DNA of 63,601 nucleotides, the filler included, from Octopus bimaculoides (Eukaryota): assembly GCF_001194135.2 (NCBI RefSeq). It is 6 parts of 6 records of this genome, joined end to end, with 100 filler letters (N's around TTAATTAATTAA, not from the genome) between each part and the next. Parts side by side here need not be neighbours in the genome. Positions count along the whole stretch, not along the records: positions 40,840 to 56,872 come from NC_068983.1; positions 56,973 to 63,601 come from NC_068982.1; 4 more parts are not named here. One strand, 5' to 3'. Numbering within the stretch: position 1 is the first letter of the stretch; every line of letters begins with the position of its first letter. Below are positions 51,712-63,349 of the stretch, piece by piece. Under the pieces are notes generated by a model, which saw only the letters and a program-made list of their open reading frames with translations, was not told the DNA's origin and did not search any database. The position numbers were made by a program, and so were the translations under genes.

Positions 51712-52280
51712 GTACGAGAAATTTGTCAAAAATGTCAAAAAAGTTTGTAGAATTATTAGTGTATTAATATCACCATCGAGCTAATGCAATTCTACCCTGT
51801 GCATATATTTTATCGTTCAACTTCTACTTATTTTAATCAAAGGACTGCGACTAAGGGTATCGAGGAATAAATCAACCCTAGTGTTTTTTTTCTTTTTTTT
51901 TTTTTGTTATTTTTTTAAATTCTCGTACTTATACTTTCTGCCTCTTTGGAGAAGTGCTATGTTACAGGAACGTAAATTAACTGATACCGGTCGTACTGGG
52001 CAGTGCCAACCAGAGACTCAAACATACACACACACATACACTGTCATACACACACGTATATATACATGTGTGTGTGTGTATATATATATAAATGACATCC
52101 ATACAGTTGCAATTTACCAAATTCCTTCACACGGCAATGATCTTCCCAGGACTATAGTAGAGATACTTGTCGAAGGCGCTGTGCAGCAGGACTGAACCTG
52201 CGACGAACGAATATTCATATCAACCTCTAAAATACATCAGATATACATAGTTTTTTCAGCTATAAATTTCCGTATTACAT

Positions 52281-52543
52281 AATATTCTTTTCTACTCTTG
52301 GCACAAGGCCCGAAATTTTGGAGGAGGGGGCCAGTCGATTAGACCGACCCAGTACGCAACTGCTACTTAATCTATCGACCCCGAATGGAAGAAAGGCNNN
52401 NNNNNNNCTACTTAATCTATCGACCCCGAATGGAAGAAAGGCAAAATCGACCACGGTGGAATTTGAACTCAGAACACAAAAACGGACGAAATACCTCTAA
52501 GCAATTTTTCGGCGTGCTAACGTTTCTGCCAGCTCGCCACCTT
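52281..52543 (-). mobile_element. SINE family B (left member of head-to-head pair)
   Basis: Full family B sequence in reverse complement; contains a 10-N gap with a duplicated overlap. Confidence 0.85.
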
Positions 52544-52571
52544 ACATATTTGATAATATTAAATGGTAACT

Positions 52572-52790
52572 AAGGTAGCGAGCTGGCAGAAACGTTAGCA
52601 TGCCGGGTGAAATACTTAGCGATATTTCGTCCGTCTTTGTGTTCTGAGTTCAAATTCCGCCGAGGTCGACTTTGTCATGCATCATTTCGGGATCGATAAA
52701 TTAAGTACCAATTGCGTTCAGGGGTCGATTTAATGGACTGGCCTCTTCTCCATAAATTTCGGGCCTTGTACCTAGAGAAGAAAAGAATAT
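52572..52790 (+). mobile_element. SINE family B (right member) with 17-bp TSD
   Basis: AATATTAAATGGTAACT at 52555-52571 and 52786-52802. Confidence 0.88.
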
Positions 52791-52897
52791 TAAATGGTAA
52801 CTGAAATATTTCAAAGAGTTTAGTAGGCTGCGCTTTTCGAAACATCAGTGTTGTAAAGGAATTTCTGAAAAACATTCTTTATTTTAAATTGTTTTAG

Positions 52898-53008
52898 TTG
52901 ATCCATGCAGCAGTCAGCCATGTCACAATGGAGCCGTGTGTATGAACAAGGGACGTAACTACAGTTGTCAATGTTTACCGGGATACAGAGGGTTCAATTG
53001 TTCCATAG
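52898..53008 (+). CDS. EGF-like repeat exon 8 (DPCSSQPCHNGAVCMNKGRNYSCQCLPGYRGFNCSI)
   Basis: gttttag|TTGAT...ATAG|gtaaga; 111 bp. Confidence 0.93.
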
Positions 53009-53445
53009 GTAAGACAACATTATTCAGCAAAGAAACCAAAAACAAACTCATGAGGAATAAATGTAATGCGTATCTTGGCTTCCCTTCCCCTATCAACAGC
53101 GTAAATCAACTGCTAATATACAGCAGTCATAAACTAAACTAGCGCCGTGATAGGCAGCATAATTTGAGTGTACGTGCTTATGTTGGCCCGTCATTAGTAA
53201 AACAATATCTATAGCATAAATATATGTTTATATTCTTGTTTGCCTCGTGTGAGTTTTATAACGTTTACATTTATTTAAGTTCTGATTTACGCTGTGTTGG
53301 CCGTAAAATAAATATCATATCATGTGGTGTGTGTGTGTGAATGCTTATGTATGTGTGTTTGTCTGAGTTTCTGTGTATGTGTGTGCATGTGTCTACGTGT
53401 AGACGTAACTGAAATCACTTCAGCGTCGTTCTGTTATAATTTTAG

Positions 53446-53556
53446 TGGATCCGTGCAGCAGTAATCCCTGTCAGAATAATGGACAATGTTCAAACAGGGA
53501 CTCAGATTTTGTATGTCAATGTCTGCCCGGCTACAGAGGAGTTGATTGTTCCATAA
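53446..53556 (+). CDS. EGF-like repeat exon 9 (DPCSSNPCQNNGQCSNRDSDFVCQCLPGYRGVDCSI)
   Basis: aattttag|TGGAT...ATAA|gtaagt; 111 bp. Confidence 0.93.
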   Translation, partial: WIRAAVIPVRIMDNVQTGTQILYVNVCPATEELIVP

Positions 53557-53764
53557 GTAAGTTGAACATGTTACCTTTATTCTTATTGGCATACTTAAAT
53601 GACTCTTTATACCACCCCGTCGTTGTATTTTAGATTAATGGACGTATCCAAGCTGATCGGCTTCTCGCCCGAAGCAGATACAGCATGTTATTTTGATGAG
53701 AGCTTCGTTAAATTGCAATGATAAGTTCTAATCTCTTAGTAATGCTCATATATACATACATACC

Positions 53765-54150
53765 CTTTTACTCTTTTACTTGTTTCAGTCATTTGACTGC
53801 GGCCATGCTGGAGCACCGCCTTTAGTCGAGCAAATCGACCCCAGGACTTATTCTTTGTAAGCCTAGTACTTATTCTATCGGTATCTTTTTGCCGAAGCAC
53901 TAGGTTACGGGGACGTAAACACACCAGCATCGGTTGTCAAGCGATGGTAGGGGGACAAACACAGACACACAAACACATATACATATGCATATATATACAT
54001 ATATACGAAGGGCTTCTTTCAGTTTCCGTCTACCAAATCCACTCACAAGGCTTTGGTCGGCCCGAGGCTATAGTAGAAGACACTTGCCCAAGGTGTCACG
54101 CAGTGGGACTGAACCCGGAACCATGTGGTTGGTAAGCAAGCTACTTACAT
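53765..54150 (-). mobile_element. tRNA-derived SINE family C (EGF intron 9)
   Basis: (TACTCTTT)n tail, GTGGGACTGAACCC B-box in reverse complement. Further copies at 14820-15030 and 25365-25570 (+, 3' halves) and at 59478-59645, 60950-61020, 61400-61545 (-). Confidence 0.85.
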
Positions 54151-54834
54151 ATATATATATATAACTATCTATTTAACTATCTACATACATACATACATAC
54201 ATACATACCTATTCAACCTGTGCCAGACTTACTAAGAGGGAAATTTATCCTCAAACCTCTTCATCTTCTGCAGACTCTTGATAATCAACATCCTGTGACT
54301 CTCTTGTAAATCTGAAAAATACTCACCTCCTTGCAGAATTGCTGTAAGTTGGTGGCGTTCGGTGAAAATGGTGGACACCAAATCATATATATTATGTTAT
54401 TATAGTTCAAACTATATTATATAATATAATTCAAACTATATTACAGCTGTCTTTACTTTCATAAAATTTCTTCATTGATGGCATATGTACCAATGCACCA
54501 ATCCGCTATTTTCCCACTTTGAAAATAACGCTTATATATTCCAGTAACAAAACTAATATATATTACATACTTGTTAAAAGATGCTTGTTTTTCCCACTTT
54601 CATATTTCCTGTATATATTTCATATCCTAGATATCTCCATTTTTCCATACAACAATCTCTTAAATTTTGTGTCTACTATACCATTCTATGTGTACTATAC
54701 TAGATTATATACCTATACCAATTCAATGAATAACTTTCTCTACCAATTATACACTTTATCATCCTGTTTTCTTTTTTATTCTTTGTTAAATACTAATTTA
54801 TATTTTGATACAATCTGATTAAACTGGCGCTAAA

Positions 54835-55045
54835 TATTGGTTTCGAATTTTGGCACAAGGCCAGCAAGTTCGGGGGAATGGGTATGTCAATTACATCGGC
54901 CCCAGTGCTCAACTGGTTGTTATTTTATGGACTCTGAAAGCATGAAGAGCAAAGCCGACCTCGGTGGCATTTGAACTCAGACGGACGAAATGCGGCTAAG
55001 GAGTTTTGCCCGGAGTGCTAACGATTCTGCTACCCCACTGCTTTA
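54835..55045 (-). mobile_element. SINE family B (EGF intron 9)
   Basis: GGCACAAGGCC...GCATTTGAACTCAG...GTGCTAACGATTCTGC, reverse complement of family B. Confidence 0.75.
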
Positions 55046-55192
55046 CTGACGCTAAATATTAACCAGTTCACATGATGAACGAAATGCAATTTACTTGGAG
55101 ATTCAGCTAATTAACATAACTTCCATAATAAAAACAACACCACGAACTGAACTATTTTCTGTAAATTCCTTTTCTGGTTTGTTTATCTACAG

Positions 55193-55303
55193 CGGATCCC
55201 TGCAGCAGCAGTCCATGTACTAATAATGGAGATTGTTCAAATCAAGGAGATGATTATAAGTGCAAATGTCTTCCTGGTTATCGGGGAAAGAATTGCTCTA
55301 TAG
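55193..55303 (+). CDS. EGF-like repeat exon 10 (DPCSSSPCTNNGDCSNQGDDYKCKCLPGYRGKNCSI)
   Basis: tttatctacag|CGGAT...ATAG|gttcgt; 111 bp. Confidence 0.92.
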   Translation, partial: RIPAAAVHVLIMEIVQIKEMIISANVFLVIGERIAL

Positions 55304-56988
55304 GTTCGTAATTTTTTCATATGAACACACAGTCATAAACACACGAACGCACGCGCGCACACACATACATACACATACACGCAGACTCACACACACATAC
55401 AGACGCACAGGCATTTGAAAGCATACATTCGATAGAGAAATTAGAATGGGCGAAAGAGAGAGATGTAGTGGGGAAAGCGATGATAAGACATTTGTTCGTC
55501 GTATCTTGTTGGGTGCAATGCAAACGAAAGGAAAATGTACAGGCAACCGCAGTTAAAGTTGTCGAAATAGACAGAACGAGGTACAATTTAAAAAGTATGG
55601 GAGGGCATGATTATTCGCTACCCACCGAAAAATTCAAACAATTGAAATTTGGCGCAATAACATGAAGTGACACCAATTATATAATACTTAACAGGTCTTT
55701 GGCAAAAATCATACGCATATCAAGATCTTTGGAAAGTCAAGTAAAAACGAGTAAGATTGAATAACCGCAAAACAAAAATTGTTCTCTAAGAGTAGTGTGT
55801 GATGGCCGGAACGAATCAATATATCGAAGATAGAACAAGAACGCGTCCGAAATTATAGCAATAATAACTAAGAATTTTCGGTAGAGAGAAATGGATATAT
55901 ATATATATCAAGCTTTCGGTGGAATGGGAACACAAATACAATATTTAAAAGTATGTTCGCTTCATAACAATAACTTAGATAACTTCTAGAATCTCTTAAG
56001 TTATTTTTAAGTCAAGTTTTGTGATACCATGGCACATTCCAGTAGAGAGTCATCGTTGAATGGGATGTATCCAGATATACGTGGCTTATCTGGTATCCCT
56101 TGAAGAAATTTGCCCAGATTTCGCTCAATAGTTCACAATTTTTTTTTATTCTTGCCTTGAAATAAGATAAAATACTTCTCACTAAAGTATAAGGGGCATT
56201 CCATGGATTATCGGTGCGACCTATGTTTATGTGACTTGCCTACGGGCGCACACTCACGAAATCATACACACACAAATTTTACGCACGCGCGTGCGTGTGT
56301 GTCAATGTGTGTGTGTAGAGAGAGAGAGAGAAAGGGATGAGACAGATGTATAGAATATACATACACACATTCATACATACATACATACATACATACATAC
56401 ATACATACATACATACATACAAAACACGTTGCAATGTATTTTGTAACGCTGGGATTTGGTTTCATTTTAGATGTCAAGCTGGAATAATAATCCGAACCAT
56501 ATTTAATTCAGAGTAATTTCTTATACAATAATGTTTCGTAGGTAAACGATTGTTTTAACGTATAATATGATATCCCATTACCAATATTTTCTTAATAGTT
56601 TTCAACATGTTTTACATATCTAACTCGACTATGTTACCTCTTTCTTTTATAATAAACAAGATCCATAAATGAATAAATGTATACCACAAATTCATAATTA
56701 ATCAACGGATCGTTTGTATCTATCTATCTATCTATCTATTCTATCTATCTATCTAACTATCTATCTATCTATCTGTATGTCTGTCTATCTATCTATCTAT
56801 CTATCTATCTATCATCATGGACGGACGGTAGACACATCGGCTCCCATGTAAGTTGCATTTTTCACCTCTTAANNNNNNNNNNNNNNNNNNNNNNNNNNNN
56901 NNNNNNNNNNNNNNNNTTAATTAATTAANNNNNNNNNNNNNNNNNNNNNNNNNNNNNNNNNNNNNNNNNNNNTATATATATATATATA

Positions 56989-57075
56989 AAGTGTAGTATA
57001 TTGCCACTTAAGTGTGGCTGACCCCTAGGGGTGGATGTTACTGTTGCTTTTAGCCCCAGGAGGACATCTCCTCCA
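56989..57075 (-). repeat. short (TA)n-embedded element, copy 2
   Basis: 87/87 identity (by eye) to 38683-38769 in inverted orientation. Confidence 0.8.
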
Positions 57076-57111
57076 CCATATATATATATATATGTATACA
57101 TACATATACAC

Positions 57112-57146
<35 letters not shown>

Positions 57147-57708
57147 TGTATGTATGTATGTATGCATGTGTTTATATATACATGTATACTAGCTTAAAAG
57201 CCGCCTAATTAGCTAGCTTCTGCAGAGGGTTAATTGGGCCTGCGGCCCAAAACTAAAGAGAGCTAAATAGCACGACTGTAATACATCTATAATGATTATA
57301 AACCCTGGTGGTGTTTGATCAGCGGTTGAGGACGGACGAAAATTAATTCTGTAATGCAATCATTCTATTGTTCCGGTCCCAAGTTGAATTCTTGGCCAAT
57401 TCATCCCAAAGTTCTTATCTCGACGTAAAATTAACGAAGTAAATGTCATTTATCTCCCCTTTGATCTCCGACGCTATCTGACAAACACCACTAAAATGGC
57501 ATGAATCAGCCAAGCTTTATCCGCTAGAAATAGTAAACTAAATGCTTTCAAATCAGATCCCGATGCTGGACGTTTAAGAACCAAATGAAGGACAGATTTA
57601 TAATCCTGAGATCATCCTGATTCCAAAAAGTATAATATGTCTATGTAGAGCAAATGTAAGCCTTTATTATTGTAGATATGTATGTATGTGTATATATATA
57701 TATTATAT

Positions 57709-57746
<38 letters not shown>

Positions 57747-58063
57747 NNNNNNNNNNNNNNNNNNNNNNNNNNNNNNNNNNNNNNNNNNNNNNNNNNNNNN
57801 NNNNNNNNNNNNNNNNNNNNNNNNNNNNNNNNNNNNNNNNNNNNNNNNNNNNNNNNNNNNNNNNNNNNNNNNNNNNNNNNNNNNNNNNNNNNNNNNNNNN
57901 NNNNNNNNNNNNNNNNNNNNNNNNNNNNNNNNNNNNNNNNNNNNNNNNNNNNNNNNNNNNNNNNNNNNNNNNNNNNNNNNNNNNNNNNNNNNNNNNNNNN
58001 NNNNNNNNNNNNNNNNNNNNNNNNNNNNNNNNNNNNNNNNNNNNNNNNNNNNNNNNNNNNNNN

Positions 58064-58124
<61 letters not shown>

Positions 58125-61100
58125 CAAACTACCGCTGAAGTAGTAAAACCGAAATAAAGTTTAGCAGTCACTCACAAGCGAGTAATACTAGGTAGCACGT
58201 ACCATGCTTTCATTTATTATTTTAGGCACCTGCATAGTCGCAAGCAGACATAGATACCCTCTCGGGTTTTCTACCCTTGACTCAGTGGGAGATTGAGGGC
58301 GTGGGAGTTGGCGGGAGGAAAGAAAACACACACACACAAAACACTGACAGAGAGCTGTACTAGTGCTAAGCTAGTATTCGTATATAGTTGAGCAGACTAG
58401 AGTAACGAAAAATAATGCACTTTACTCAAGGACCAGCGCTCCGACCGGCGCAGTAACCTATCATAATCCTAATAGCCATACGACTTCACATTTAAATATT
58501 TGTACTAATAATTAGAAAAGGAAACTCTATAGGTAATAGTTGTTTTTATTATTTAGAACTCACAATTATAGAGAAGTGATCTAGATCCATTCTGATCTAT
58601 CACTTTGTCCATATTGTTTATAAATTTCAGTCATCTGATCTTACCGGAGTTATGTCCTTTCTTCTTCTCAGATATTAAACATACCGTAAACGAAGTTTAT
58701 GCCTGATAATTGCTTGGATAGTCTGTGGTCTTGAAGGGTCTGCTAGGGCAGATACCCCTTCCCTCACATCCAGAAAGTAAAAACAAAAAAAAAATGTGCG
58801 GATCAAAGTTCTCCAAAACACTTTGACAGACCTTGTGAGACTCCATGAAATTCTACTGCATTTTACCACTACCCGCCATTAGTATATTACTTATAATTAT
58901 TGTATTGTTCTTTGAAATACTGTAAAATAAAGATACAGCTTCAAGATATGAATATAATATTCTGTCCTAAAGTTAAACTCTAGAGTTATCCTCATGTGTC
59001 AAATATACAAAGATTTGATGAACTAGTCTATAAATTAAAACTGACCCCATAAAAGGGTGACAAGCAAAATCTGTAACAAGTCTTTCTTCTTGATATCTTA
59101 GTAGCTTCTTAGCTGAAGTGAAGACAGCATGTTATTTGTCTATCTCCTTACCTTCTTGGAGATTTAGGTAAAATTATATTAATGTGTCCATCTGTTTTAA
59201 TTTAATTAAATTCTATGTTTTTATGCAGCTGAGGATTGCTCGGCATTTAAAGTGATGTAATGACTGCACTGGTCAATTAAATGGAGTTTCTTGAAACGAT
59301 CGTACTGCATTACCTCTTGATATCCTTGTTGCTTATTTTGATTTTAATCACCTTATTTTGAAATTGTATGGATAATACCATATTAAACTCTGGTGCCTGA
59401 ACTTAAGGACCATATTCATCTGAATTCATCATAAATTTTTGCTGAACTCGTCTATATATATGTGTGTGTGTGTGTGTGTAAAACAGTCTTCTTTCAGTTT
59501 CCGTTTACCAAATCCACTCTCAAGGCTTTGGTCGGCCCAAGGCTATAGCAGAAAATACTTGCCCAAGGTGCCACACAGTGGGACTGAACCCGGAGCAATG
59601 TGATTGGGAAACTAACTTCTTACCACACAGCCACACATGCGCCTGTGTTAAAATTGTTAGTACAAAGATGTTTGTTGTATCACTGTAATTCTCAGGCAGA
59701 TGAAATTATTTGGTAACAGAAAATCAACTCAGAGTTCAGTTCCTTTTTTATCCCGTCATCCATACCGTATTTTTTCAGTGGCTAACGGCCTTATATCTCA
59801 ACGGTCTGTTTTACCCAGCACTGTACATTAACTGGTTGCTGTTAGCTGGCCTTTTTTCGTGTTGGTCGACGACATTGCAGAGTCAATAACTTAACTACTT
59901 CTACTGTGACTGGGCTGTTTTCAGAAGCAAGTGTCTAGTCCCAAGAACATTTACCATCGCGCCAGTCAAGGACTCGCCATGAAGGAAAAGCAAGTTAACA
60001 TGTTCGCAGCATCCGTTTACTCCATTAACCTTTTTTAAACGTTCAGTAGATTACTCCCACAAAGCAGCAGAATTTATAATTAAAATGGGGCATGGTTTGT
60101 GCGGAGCCAGTTCCACTTTCTTATCCTTCTTTATTGGTCTGGTGAAACAAGTATTATGAGCAGGATTTGTACGGAGTTACCTTCTCTCAGATGAACAGCT
60201 AAAGAGCTGATTGAAGGGCTTCATCTGCTCTGGGACTGTTGCAGTGTTTGTGAGTGATCTACTGGAGACAATTCCGTGGCATAGCTGGGAACCTGAATTG
60301 ACAGGTGCTGCTACTCTGGGTCAGAACAGACCTGGGAAAATAATGACTAAGAGGTGATTTCACAATCCTCAAAACCATGGAATCCAGGACCAGTGTCCCA
60401 TTACCAGATGTAGTTTAAAGTCATAGCTAATTGCCCACCAATTAAAGCCGCAACCGTATCGTCAGAGTTGCAAGTATTTCATACAAAAACTAGTTTCAAT
60501 TTATCCAGCGGAAAAAAAAAATCTATGGTTGTCGCCTGTCATCATATTGAAGGAAATGTATCTCCGTTCGTTGAACATTTTCGAAACTGAAGTTGAATAC
60601 CGGCTCTGGAACGGTACTTAACCTTTCTTTTTAGCTGTAACCCAGATTCATTTCGCTGTACATCCGAAGTGTTATAGAAGTTTTATGCTGTGTATTCATG
60701 CCTTCTTCTGTGTGTTCGTTTGGGTGTGTTTATGATTTTAATCCTAATATTTGAGTACTCACGTATTCATGGTATGACTAATCTTATTAATATTAATATG
60801 CTTTGCAGACGAAACAATTATAGTCCGTTCAGAATTGACGTAAGCGAACCCTTTTTTAAGTATTCAGTCATTGTTATGACGACCGGTTGTCTTTTCATTC
60901 TTTACATTATATAAAAATGTAGTTACTTGTTTATCTTATCTGTTATCTTTCATTTGTTCCAGTCACTGGGCGGTGGCCAGACTGGCGCACCGCTTTGAAG
61001 GATTTTGTCGAAATTGCCGACCTCATTACTTATTCTTTTAAAAAGTCTGATACCTATTCTATCAGTCTCTATTGCGGTTCGACAATTGAAACCGACAAAC

Positions 61101-62471
61101 CAACACCGGTTGGTTGGGGTAAATACAACACACAAAAATGCACAGACACGTACGCATATANNNNNNNNNNNNNNNNNNNNNNNNNNNNNNNNNNNNNNNN
61201 NNNNNNNNNNNNNNNNNNNNNNNNNNNNNNNNNNNNNNNNNNNNNNNNNNNNNNNNNNNNNNNNNNNNNNNNNNNNNNNNNNNNNNNNNNNNNNNNNNNN
61301 NNNNNNNNNNNNNNNNNNNNNNNNNNNNNNNNNNNNNNNNNNNNNNNNNNNNNNNNNNNNNNNNNNNNNNNNNNNNNNNATATATATATATATAGGACAG
61401 GCGTCCTCACAGTTTCCATCAACTAAATTTCCTCATGAAGCACTGGACGGCCTAGACCTATAGTTCAAGACACTTGTCCAAGGTGCGTGCAGTGGGACTG
61501 AACCAGAAACTGCGTGATTGCAAAGCAAGCTTCTTACCCACACATTTGTCAAAAAGATTCTTTTTTTTTTCTTGCTGATATTGGAATGTCCTTGACGGAA
61601 AATATCTATTCGTCTGTTTAAATTGTAATGTCAGGCAAACTGTATTAAGAAAACCACATCCGGGTGAGATAGAGTTATCTCCCATTGACGGGTTCTAATT
61701 GTGTTCGAAAAGGATAAGGTTATGCGCGACTATTGTTCACTAGCCAGCAAGCGGGGAACTCCATGTCTTTAACATAAATTTTCTCTTATGAAGGAACCGA
61801 CTACAGATTTCCCTTTTGGAATTTAAGAAGCTGCGGGCCAAGCAAAGCTTGCATCGTCTGATCCCGTTGAGTTATGGCCCACAGGAGCTTGCATTTAATC
61901 CCGTAAGACGTTCTCTCTTCTTTTAAATGTCATATGTAGTTGTCCAAAGACAACGTTGCACCTCTCTGGGATCCTTAAAGAGGACCTGTGGTTATTTAAT
62001 CGCAGCTTAATTTCGTTTCTGGTTTTTTATCAGAACTTGCGGACCCAGATTGTATTCTTAGCTTCATCAGTAGAGGTTATGTGCCTTCGGATACAGCAGG
62101 TCTGATGAGTTGCTTAGAATGCTAAGAGCAATAATAAACGTGAAACCAATGGTAATTTTCTGATCAGCCATAACCAATCACTACATTATATATATATATA
62201 TATATATATNNNNNNNNNNNNNNNNNNNNNNNNNNNNNNNNNNNNNNNNNNNNNNNNNNNNNNNNNNNNNNNNNNNNNNNNNNNNNNNNNNNNNNNNNNN
62301 NNNNNNNNNNNNNNNNNNNNNNNNNNNNNNNNNNNNNNNNNNNNNNNNNNNNNNNNNNNNNNNNNNNNNNNNNNNNNNNNNNNNNNNNNNNNNNNNNNNN
62401 NNNNNNNNNNNNNNNNNNNNNNNNNNNNNNNNNNNNNNNNNNNNNNNNNNNNNNNNNNNNNNNNNNNNNNN

Positions 62472-62506
62472 TGGATAGACAGATAGATAGATAGATAAAT
62501 AGATAA

Positions 62507-62558
<52 letters not shown>

Positions 62559-62559
62559 G

Positions 62560-62598
<39 letters not shown>
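62472..62598. repeat. (GATA)n microsatellite
   Basis: Direct reading; complementary (TATC)n tract at 56718-56812. Confidence 0.95.
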
Positions 62599-62600
62599 TG

Positions 62601-62646
<46 letters not shown>

Positions 62647-63138
62647 ATAGTGTGACCAAGTCTATTTCGAATAAAGTGATGTGGTTATTACGGTATTTAA
62701 TAGTATTACCGGTCATGATATACAAACAAAATATTGGAAAAAATATGATAAACACAAGATGTTGTTTATATTGTTTACTCCCTACTTACATTTCACAATT
62801 GTGGTTATTTGCATTCTCTGCGGAGAACGTTCCAAGTGTAATTGGATTCTGGACTGTCTCCGACAGTATATACAATAGTATCTCGCACTCTGTGTTGCTC
62901 CGACAGTCTTAGTTAGCCTTTGTGAAGCATAATTCTACTGTTTTTTGTAGCCTAAAGCTGGAAGTAAACTTTTCGTTGGCATTTTGGGGGCTGTTCCCGC
63001 TCGAAGATATTTCATTCTATATAAATAGCGTTATGTTCTTGGAATATACTTAAACAATACGTCACATTTCCCTTTCCCATGTAAATTCGTTATAAGCTGT
63101 CCTTATCGCCTTCTCTGTAGTTAAGATTAATAACATAA

Positions 63139-63172
<34 letters not shown>

Positions 63173-63313
63173 TACATGATATATCTATCTATATATTTTA
63201 TAATGTGTATGTGCCATTAATACTGACTACAGAGAGAAGGATAAGGAGAACTTTAAACAAAGCCTCCAGTTTACTAGGGAAGGAAAACGTGATGCATTGC
63301 ATAGTGTGTGTGT

Positions 63314-63349
<36 letters not shown>

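Noticed and set aside
41963-55303. Calling the EGF gene Notch, Delta/Jagged, crumbs or fibropellin
   Set aside because: No LNR, ankyrin, DSL, laminin-G, CUB or avidin domain was seen, and the repeats are too uniform; no gene symbol is justified.
59779-59889. Hydrophobic frame WLTALYLNGLFYPALYINWLLLAGLF as a membrane or GPI anchor exon for the EGF protein
   Set aside because: It is phase 0, so it needs an unsupported weak donor at 59253; in phase 1 it stops after 17 codons.
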